Assembly (NCBI RefSeq): GCF_000308475.2
Contig: NZ_BAFT02000104.1
Span: 67,873-99,872 of the forward strand
DNA from: Nocardia brasiliensis NBRC 14402
Lineage (GTDB): Bacteria > Actinomycetota > Actinomycetes > Mycobacteriales > Mycobacteriaceae
Reading direction: 5' to 3'
Length of the DNA: 32,000 nucleotides
Below the pieces are notes generated by a model. It was not told the origin of the DNA, made no database searches, and saw only the letters and a list, made by a program, of their open reading frames with translations. Position 1 is the first letter of the stretch; each line of letters opens with the position of its first letter. Of this stretch, positions 26,134 through 32,000 are shown one piece after another. A program made the position numbers and the translations under genes.

Positions 26134-27219
26134 ATGAGATTCGACATCGTACTGAGCGTCGCGCAGCGGCCCGGTATCGGTCAGCAGGAAACGTTCGCGG
26201 CCGCGATACGGTCGGCGCAGTGGGCCGAGGAACTCGGCTATTCCGGAATATGGCTGCTGGAACACCATTTCACCAACTACAGCCTGTGCACCAACGCCCT
26301 CAACATGGCATCGTTCCTGCTGGGCGGAACCGAGCGGATCCGAGTCGGCTCCGCGATCACCATCGTTCCGCTGGAACATCCGATCAAGCTCGCCGAACGA
26401 GTCGCGATGCTCGATCATCTCAGCGGTGGGCGTTTCGATTTCGGCATCGGCCGTGGCACCTACGCCCGGGACTTCGAAGCCTTCGAGGTCGATATGACGG
26501 TGAACCACCAGGCATTGGTCGAGACCATGGAGCAGGTGGCGCGGGCGTGGGGCGAAGAGCCGTACGTGATCTCGTCGATGGACGGCAGCCCGGACGCGGT
26601 GCCGGTGCAGCCGAAACCGCTGACGCGACCGCATCCGCCGGTCTACGTCGCCTCCGGCTCGCCGGACACCGTCGGATGGGCGGCGGCACACGGATACCCG
26701 CTGCTGATCCGAGAAGCCATGCCGGACAACGAGAAACGGGCACTGCTGGCGCGATACCGCGAAGCGGCCGGACCGCACGGACAGTTCGACGCGGCCGCGC
26801 GGCACGCGCTGACCTGCATTGCCGTACTGGACGACACGGACGACCGTGCCGCGGACACCGTACGCGAGCACGTGGGGTGGTGGGTCGCCGAGGGCGCGAC
26901 CTCGAACGGGTTGCTGGCGCGCCGGCACCTGCTGCCGAACTATCGCACCTATTTCGAGGCGGTCGACGCGGGCCGCAAGGCCGGGGGCCGGGACGCGTCC
27001 GGCGTGGTCGAAAAGATGATTCCGCTCAATCTGGTCGGCACGCCGCAGCGCTGCCGGGAACGCCTCACCCAGCTGCACGAGTCGACCGGGCTCGGGCACT
27101 ACATACTCGCCTTCGACGCGAATCCGCCAGGGGAGCCCACCTATCGGGTGATGCGACGCTGCATGGACGAGGTGCTGCGACCCGTCGCCGCCGCGTGCGA
27201 AGGGACGCTCGTACCGTGA
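26134..27219 (+). CDS. bacterial-luciferase-family (LLM) flavin-dependent monooxygenase, LuxA-like
   Basis: GGGAGGAAAG precedes ATG 26134. WLLEHHFTNYSL..N......LLGGTE.I.VG.A....P..HP...AE....LD..S.GRFDFGIGRG.Y..DF..F..DM is collinear with LuxA WLLEHHFTEFGL...[23 protein letters not shown]. 361 aa. Confidence 0.8.
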   Translation: MRFDIVLSVAQRPGIGQQETFAAAIRSAQWAEELGYSGIWLLEHHFTNYSLCTNALNMASFLLGGTERIRVGSAITIVPLEHPIKLAERVAMLDHLSGGRFDFGIGRGTYARDFEAFEVDMTVNHQALVETMEQVARAWGEEPYVISSMDGSPDAVPVQPKPLTRPHPPVYVASGSPDTVGWAAAHGYPLLIREAMPDNEKRALLARYREAAGPHGQFDAAARHALTCIAVLDDTDDRAADTVREHVGWWVAEGATSNGLLARRHLLPNYRTYFEAVDAGRKAGGRDASGVVEKMIPLNLVGTPQRCRERLTQLHESTGLGHYILAFDANPPGEPTYRVMRRCMDEVLRPVAAACEGTLVP

Positions 27220-28943
27220 TCACCGACCGTTCGGACTATGACGTCGTCGTGCTGGGTGGTGGGCTGGCCGGGCTCAGTGTCGCCCGGCAGATGCTCTTGC
27301 GCAGACCGGAAACCACCGTCCTCGTCGTGGAGCGGGTGCCGCATCCGGTCCGCGCGGCCGCGCACAAGGTGGGCGAATCCACGGTCGTGATCAGCGGCAC
27401 CTACTTCGCGGAAACGCTGCAGCTGCGCGAACATCTGGAGCAGGCTCAGATTCGTAAGACGGGCCTGCGGTTCCTGCCGTCCGTTTCGGTACCGCCGCCG
27501 CCGCTGTCGCAGCGCGCGGAATCGGGGCCGAGCGGGTTCTTCTACGCGTCGGCGACCTTTCAGCTCGATCGCGGCGTCTTCGAGAACGCGTTGGGTGAGA
27601 TCGTCGCAGCGGGCGGTGCGGAGTTCCGGCACGGGTATCGGGTCGTCGACGTACGCCTGAAATCGGGTGCGCCGCACGAGGTCGTGATCGCGCGGGCGGG
27701 CGCTGGACAGACCGTGCGGGCGCGGTGGGTGATCGACGCCACCGGACGGCGCGGCCTGCTCAAGAGCAAACTCGGCCTGCGCAAGGACAGCCCGCACAAC
27801 TGCGACGCCGTGTGGTTCCGGCTGAGCGAGATGATCTGGATGGACGAACTCGCCGAGGAGGAGGTGGGCACCTCTGCGGCCGCCAAATCGGCCTGGCGAG
27901 AAAGGGTTCCGGAGGGATTGCGCTGGCGGTCCACCAATCATCTGATGGGCAAGGGCTATTGGGTCTGGCTCATCCCCTTGGTGTCGGGGTCGATCAGTGT
28001 CGGTATCGTGTCCGATCCGCGGTATGTGCCGTTCGAGGAGATCGGCACGTTCGAGGCCGCGCTCGACTGGCTGACCCGGCACGAGCCCGAGGTCGCGCGC
28101 GCCGTCACCCGGCACCAGGAGTCGTTGCAGGACTTCAAGCGGCTGCGGCACTTCGCCCACAGTTGTGCGCAAGTGTATTCCGGCGATCGGTGGGCGTTGA
28201 CCGGCGAAGCGGGTGTTTTCAACGATCCGCTGTACTCGCCCGGCAGCGATTTCATCGCGATGTCGAATACCTTGGTGACCGATATGGTCGTTCGGGACCT
28301 GGGCGGGGCGGCGATCGACGACCTCGCGGCGCGACTGAACGACTTCTACCTCGAGGTGTACGACACCCTGCTGCCGGTGTGGACCGATCAGTACCGGCTG
28401 ATGGGCAATCCGCAGGTGTGGTTCGCGAAGCTGATCTTCGACCGGTATCTGCACCATGCGTTCTTGGGCCTGCTGATCCGCAGCAACACCACCGACGCCT
28501 ACGCACCCGCGGTCATCGGCGCCGAGCTGGCCGGCTTCCGGCTGCTGAACGAGCGCATGCAGGCCTTCTTCCGGGAATGGGACGAACGAGAACCGGGACG
28601 CGATCACTGCCACTTCTTCGATCACACCGGCACGCCGGCCCTGAAGTCGTCCTTCGGCACGTCCGGCGACCACGGTCCGCTCGGTTCGGCGGAGATTCGT
28701 CGCCGGCTCGGCGCCAACCGCCGCGTCCTCGAGGCCATGATGCAGGTGATCATGGCTCGCGCGGCGACCCGCATCGGCTACCCGACAGCCGCGTGTGACA
28801 TCGATCCGCGCACGTTCACGTTGGGCGATCTTCCGCTGGCAGGCAAACGCGCCAACCGGGACCAGGACGCGCTGATCGAGTTCATATCCGAGCTGTTGCA
28901 AGACAATTGGCTGCCCGTGAGCCCGGTCGAGGTCGCCGGGTAG
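27216..28943 (+). CDS. flavin-dependent halogenase (tryptophan-halogenase family, non-Trp type)
   Basis: The GTGA overlap with the LLM stop sets the start. FAD motif DVVVLGGGLAGLS. KVGES lysine context. The diagnostic W-x-W-x-I-P motif appears as GYWVWLIPL. FNDPLYSPGSDF fits F-x-D-P-x-x-S-x-G. Confidence 0.8.
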   Translation: MITDRSDYDVVVLGGGLAGLSVARQMLLRRPETTVLVVERVPHPVRAAAHKVGESTVVISGTYFAETLQLREHLEQAQIRKTGLRFLPSVSVPPPPLSQRAESGPSGFFYASATFQLDRGVFENALGEIVAAGGAEFRHGYRVVDVRLKSGAPHEVVIARAGAGQTVRARWVIDATGRRGLLKSKLGLRKDSPHNCDAVWFRLSEMIWMDELAEEEVGTSAAAKSAWRERVPEGLRWRSTNHLMGKGYWVWLIPLVSGSISVGIVSDPRYVPFEEIGTFEAALDWLTRHEPEVARAVTRHQESLQDFKRLRHFAHSCAQVYSGDRWALTGEAGVFNDPLYSPGSDFIAMSNTLVTDMVVRDLGGAAIDDLAARLNDFYLEVYDTLLPVWTDQYRLMGNPQVWFAKLIFDRYLHHAFLGLLIRSNTTDAYAPAVIGAELAGFRLLNERMQAFFREWDEREPGRDHCHFFDHTGTPALKSSFGTSGDHGPLGSAEIRRRLGANRRVLEAMMQVIMARAATRIGYPTAACDIDPRTFTLGDLPLAGKRANRDQDALIEFISELLQDNWLPVSPVEVAG

Positions 28944-29074
28944 CCCAACCCGAGGACCGCTTCTCGTCCTGCCTGTTGCGGCCGGGCGGTCGAAACACGT
29001 CGGCCCGGTGTTTGCCGACGGCGTAGTGCGGTAGTCGGCGACTACGTGGCAGTGGTGCAACGAGAGGAGTGGTC

Positions 29075-29914
29075 ATGGGATTTCCTGAACAGCAGCAGCC
29101 GGTTCCCGGCGTGCAGGCGCGGATGGATCCGGTGCCGGACTGCGGGGAAGACAGCTACCAGGGGTCGGGGAAGCTGACCGGCAAGGCGGCCGTGATCACC
29201 GGCGCCGACAGCGGTATCGGGCGCGCGGTCGCGATCGCCTTCGCGCGCGAAGGCGCCGATGTGGTGCTCTCCTATTTGAGCGAGGACGAAGACGCCAAAG
29301 AAGTGGCCGAACTGGTCGAGCAGGCCGGGCGCAAGGCGGTGCTGGTGCCCGGCGATCTGGCCGAGCCGGGGCAGTGCCGGACCGTCATCGATCGGGCCGT
29401 GCGGGAGTTCGGGAAGATCGACGTGCTGGTGAGCAACGCGGCCTACCAGATGACGCACGAGACGTTGGAGGAGATCAGTGACGAGGAGTTCGATCACACC
29501 TTCCAGGTGAACGTCAGTGCGTACTTCCGCTTGGTCAAGGCCGCGCTGCCGCATATGCAGCCGGGCGCGTCGATCATCGGCAGTTCGTCGGTCAACTCCG
29601 ATATGCCCTCACCGACCCTCGCGCCCTATGCGGCGACGAAGGCGGCGATCGCGAACTTCTCCGCGAGCCTGGCCCAGCTGCTCGGCGAGCGTGGAATCCG
29701 GGTGAACAGCGTTGCGCCGGGGCCGATCTGGACTCCGCTGATCCCGTCCACGATGCCGCCGAAGAAGGTGGCGAATTTCGGCGACGACGTGCCGCTCGGG
29801 CGCGCGGGCCAACCCGCCGAACTCGCCCCGGCCTACGTGCTGCTGGCCTCCGACGACGGCAGCTACATCTCCGGCGCGCGGATCGCCGTGACCGGTGGCA
29901 GGCCGATCCTTTGA
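29075..29914 (+). CDS. SDR-family oxidoreductase (YhdF/general-stress-protein-39 type)
   Basis: GAGAGGAG lies 5 nt before ATG 29075. Cofactor motif VITGADSGIGRA, NAA, the catalytic Y-x3-K in PYAATKAA, and VNSVAPGPIWTPL. Confidence 0.9.
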   Translation: MGFPEQQQPVPGVQARMDPVPDCGEDSYQGSGKLTGKAAVITGADSGIGRAVAIAFAREGADVVLSYLSEDEDAKEVAELVEQAGRKAVLVPGDLAEPGQCRTVIDRAVREFGKIDVLVSNAAYQMTHETLEEISDEEFDHTFQVNVSAYFRLVKAALPHMQPGASIIGSSSVNSDMPSPTLAPYAATKAAIANFSASLAQLLGERGIRVNSVAPGPIWTPLIPSTMPPKKVANFGDDVPLGRAGQPAELAPAYVLLASDDGSYISGARIAVTGGRPIL

Positions 29915-29991
29915 CCGCGATGGATTGAGTCGCGCGACTCCGGGTAAGCGCCGAAGGTCAGCCGCAGTCGCAGCTCGAAAGGTGAATAACT

Positions 29992-30234
29992 GTGTCAGAA
30001 CATGGAAGTGGCCCCCGCGAGGGCGTCGAAGGTGTCGTCGAAGACGTGAAAGGCAAGGCCAAGGAGGCCGCCGGTGTCGTCACCGGTGACGAGAACCTCA
30101 AAGGTGAGGGCAAAGCACAGCAGGACAAGGCCGAATCCGAGCGCGAGGCAGCGCAGAAGGAAGCGGCGGCCGAGAAGGCTCGCGCGGAGGCAGATGTGAA
30201 CGAGGCGCGCCAAGCCGGACATCAGCACAACTAG
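29992..30234 (+). CDS. CsbD-family stress protein
   Basis: 80 aa. The pattern VEDVKGKAKEAAGVVTGDENLKGEGKAQQDKAE is the CsbD signature. GTG start with GAAAGG upstream. Confidence 0.8.
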   Translation: MSEHGSGPREGVEGVVEDVKGKAKEAAGVVTGDENLKGEGKAQQDKAESEREAAQKEAAAEKARAEADVNEARQAGHQHN

Positions 30235-30253
30235 TCGTCGCACCGCCGGTGCC

Positions 30254-30290
30254 GCGTTGCCGGTCAGCGAATCTCGCTGACCGGCAACGC
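30254..30290. terminator. bidirectional terminator hairpin (perfect 17-bp stem, 3-nt loop) between convergent genes
   Basis: GCGTTGCCGGTCAGCGA (30254-30270), loop atc, TCGCTGACCGGCAACGC (30274-30290). It sits between the csbD stop (30234) and the ybdK-like stop (30301). Confidence 0.7.
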
Positions 30291-30300
30291 TGTTCGTGTG

Positions 30301-31398
30301 TCAGGACCAGCTGGTCAGGCGGAAGGTGTCGACGAGGTGGCGCAAGCCGGGCTGTGCGGCTCGACGCTGCCGGGCAGCGCCGGTGCCGTGGCGTTCCACG
30401 TTGCGCAACAGTCGCTTTGCCAGGGCGGTGTCGTCGGCGGCGGTGAGCGCGTCGGCGATCCAGGTGACGAGTGAACGCAGCATCAAGATCGCGGGCACCC
30501 GGATCTCTTCGATCGGATCGACGGCAGGGCCGGCCAAACCATAGCGCGCGGCGGCCCAAATCGCCGCGGCGCCGACCTGATCGTCGATGCGCGGGCCTTC
30601 CACGCCCTCGTCCAGCTGGTTCAGGGCCGTCTGCACCAGACCCCGGGTGAGCACCGCCTGCAGGATCGCGTCGTCCACGGTGGCGGCGGTGTCGGCGGCG
30701 CGCACCTCCACGGTGGGGTACACCTTCGACGGCCGCGCCAGCCAGAACGACATGTGATCGTCGACGAGCGCGCCGCACTCGATGAGGGTGGCGATCCGCG
30801 CGTCGTAATCGTCGGCCGAACGCGCGTACGGCGGCAGTCCGGCGCCGGGAAAGCGGGCCTGTTCGGCGATCCGCCAGGAGCTGTAACCGGAGTCACGGCC
30901 GCGGTGGAACGGTGAATTCACCCCCACCGCAAGCAATGTCGGCAACCACGGCCGCAGATGATTCACGACGGCCACGGCACGATCCGGATCGGCGACGCCG
31001 ATGTGCACGTGCGCCCCGCACGCGGTGTAGTCGCGGAGCGTGCCGCGGTACCGGTCGTGGATCCGGGCATAGCGGCCCGAGTCCGGTAGGGGAGTGTCGT
31101 CGGCGATCGGTTGCGGCGCGGTGCCGACGGGCAGCACCGTCACGGCGCACGCGTCCCCTGCGGCGGCGAGCGTGGCTCTGGCGCTGCGTAATTCGCTCGC
31201 CAGCGCGGTCATGCTGGTATGGATGCCGCTGATCGTCTCGATCTGCGTCAGTTGCAGTTCCGGCTTGAACCGGGCGCTGTCGGCCGTCTCGAGTTTGTCC
31301 GTCAGCCAGCCGCAGACCGCGTCGAATTCGGGTACCGGACGGCCTTCCGCGTCGACCAGAAGAAATTCCTCTTCGAAACCTACCGTGAGTGCCTGCAT
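30301..31398 (-). CDS. ybdK: glutamate-cysteine ligase family 2 (YbdK-type carboxylate-amine ligase)
   Basis: From ATG 31398: MQALTVGFEEEFLLVD, then the L.QIE and CGAHVHIG motifs, and ...NSPF..G.DSGY.S.R, typical of GCS2/YbdK. Confidence 0.85.
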   Translation of the reverse strand: MQALTVGFEEEFLLVDAEGRPVPEFDAVCGWLTDKLETADSARFKPELQLTQIETISGIHTSMTALASELRSARATLAAAGDACAVTVLPVGTAPQPIADDTPLPDSGRYARIHDRYRGTLRDYTACGAHVHIGVADPDRAVAVVNHLRPWLPTLLAVGVNSPFHRGRDSGYSSWRIAEQARFPGAGLPPYARSADDYDARIATLIECGALVDDHMSFWLARPSKVYPTVEVRAADTAATVDDAILQAVLTRGLVQTALNQLDEGVEGPRIDDQVGAAAIWAAARYGLAGPAVDPIEEIRVPAILMLRSLVTWIADALTAADDTALAKRLLRNVERHGTGAARQRRAAQPGLRHLVDTFRLTSWS

Positions 31399-31682
31399 TC
31401 GATCGAACTCCTCGCCGATCCGGACAGGTGCACGCCGTCCGGCGAGACCACCTCCGGTGACCGCTGTTGGCCGTGCTTTACCCGGACCGGCGCAAAAGAT
31501 GCGCGAATCGGCGAAACCTGTTGTGCGACACCTTACGGAGTGCTGCGAGTGTGCCGCCACCCGGCGTCGTTCCCCACTCGCCGACTGGGGTTTCTCCGCG
31601 CCGACGCACCGGCTTAATCTCCGCACAGAAGAACGACATGGCTCGCGGTGGCCGTGGTCGCCGCCCAAGACTAGGAAAGTCC

Positions 31683-32000
31683 ATGAGCAGTTTTCGCAAT
31701 ATTCTTGCGTCTATCACCGTGGCGGCGGTCGGTGGATTCTCGACGCTATTCTTCTGTCCGGTGACGGCGAACGCCGCCGATGATTCCCCCTACTACTGGG
31801 ATGTGCCGGTGCCGTCGCGGGCGCAGGTGGAGATCATCGAGAACGCCGGGATCGAAATGGTTCCCGCCGGACCGGGCAAGGTGACCATCGCGGTCGACGA
31901 GGCCGGTGCCCAGGCGCTGCGCGCGAAGGGGTTGACCCTGACCAAGAAGGCGCCGGTCTACAAATCGGACCCTTCGGAGCGGCGGACTCCTGACGCCACC
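31683..32000 (+). CDS. secreted protein, 3' end outside window (Sec signal peptide; possibly a peptidase pro-region)
   Basis: Not in the ORF track. I translated from ATG 31683 (AGGAAAG upstream) and the frame stays open to the window end. The translation is MSSFRNILASITVAAVGGFSTLFFCPVTANA/ADD..., i.e. n-h-c regions with an A-x-A cleavage site. Confidence 0.5.
   Translation, partial: MSSFRNILASITVAAVGGFSTLFFCPVTANAADDSPYYWDVPVPSRAQVEIIENAGIEMVPAGPGKVTIAVDEAGAQALRAKGLTLTKKAPVYKSDPSERRTPDAT

Noticed and set aside
25362-27215. Upstream extension of the halogenase frame (track ORF 25362-28943, 1193 aa), plus minus-strand ORFs 25741-27099 and 27141-29060
   Set aside because: The extension runs off-frame through the ThrC-like and LLM genes. 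The FAD-binding motif begins right after GTG 27216. The minus-strand ORFs are shadows.
26134-27219. Claiming the locus is a functional bioluminescence (lux) operon
   Set aside because: Only one luciferase-family subunit is present, with no luxB or luxG. The EHHF and GRF.FG.GRG motifs are shared by many non-luminous LLM enzymes. The extra PLP, opine dehydrogenase and halogenase genes point to metabolite biosynthesis instead. It is kept as a testable side hypothesis only.
28944-29074. Several short hairpins after the halogenase gene (AAACAC/GTGTTT, CGTAGT/ACTACG)
   Set aside because: The stems are 6 bp or shorter and mutually exclusive. A terminator is plausible here, but I cannot pick one with confidence.

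Overview
High-G+C actinomycete DNA. The codon usage and the fluorinase locus resemble the Nocardia brasiliensis-type locus, but the organism assignment is inference. I call about 31 tightly packed CDS and see no rRNA, tRNA, CRISPR array or transposase. The window falls into four blocks. (1) 2-5013: a same-strand trio of an unknown protein, an acidic (A-D-Y-E-D)x14-repeat alpha/beta-hydrolase-like protein and a three-module peptidoglycan hydrolase, with no signal peptide on the two complete proteins. (2) 5023-18445: after an OsmC gene (5023-5493), a fluorometabolite (4-fluorothreonine-type) locus. It holds fluorinase flA, 5'-FDA phosphorylase flB, an MtnA-like isomerase, an SHMT::class-II-aldolase fusion (fluorothreonine transaldolase type), SAH hydrolase, adenine phosphoribosyltransferase and a cation/H+ antiporter. 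It also holds a YbaK-type tRNA deacylase and an EamA exporter (self-resistance candidates), plus LuxR-type and XRE-cupin regulators. (3) 18403-28943: directly abutting the fluorinase locus, an uncharacterised divergon with LuxC, LuxD and LuxE homologues, a luciferase-family (LuxA-like) monooxygenase, a flavin-dependent halogenase, a ThrC-like PLP enzyme, an opine dehydrogenase, a ferredoxin and a 432-aa protein of no recognisable family. This is my best candidate for an undescribed system. (4) 29075-32000: stress and housekeeping genes (SDR, CsbD, YbdK-type ligase, a secreted protein). Many long antisense shadow ORFs in the supplied track are rejected. All family calls rest on motifs read from the translations and on remembered alignments; no database search was run.
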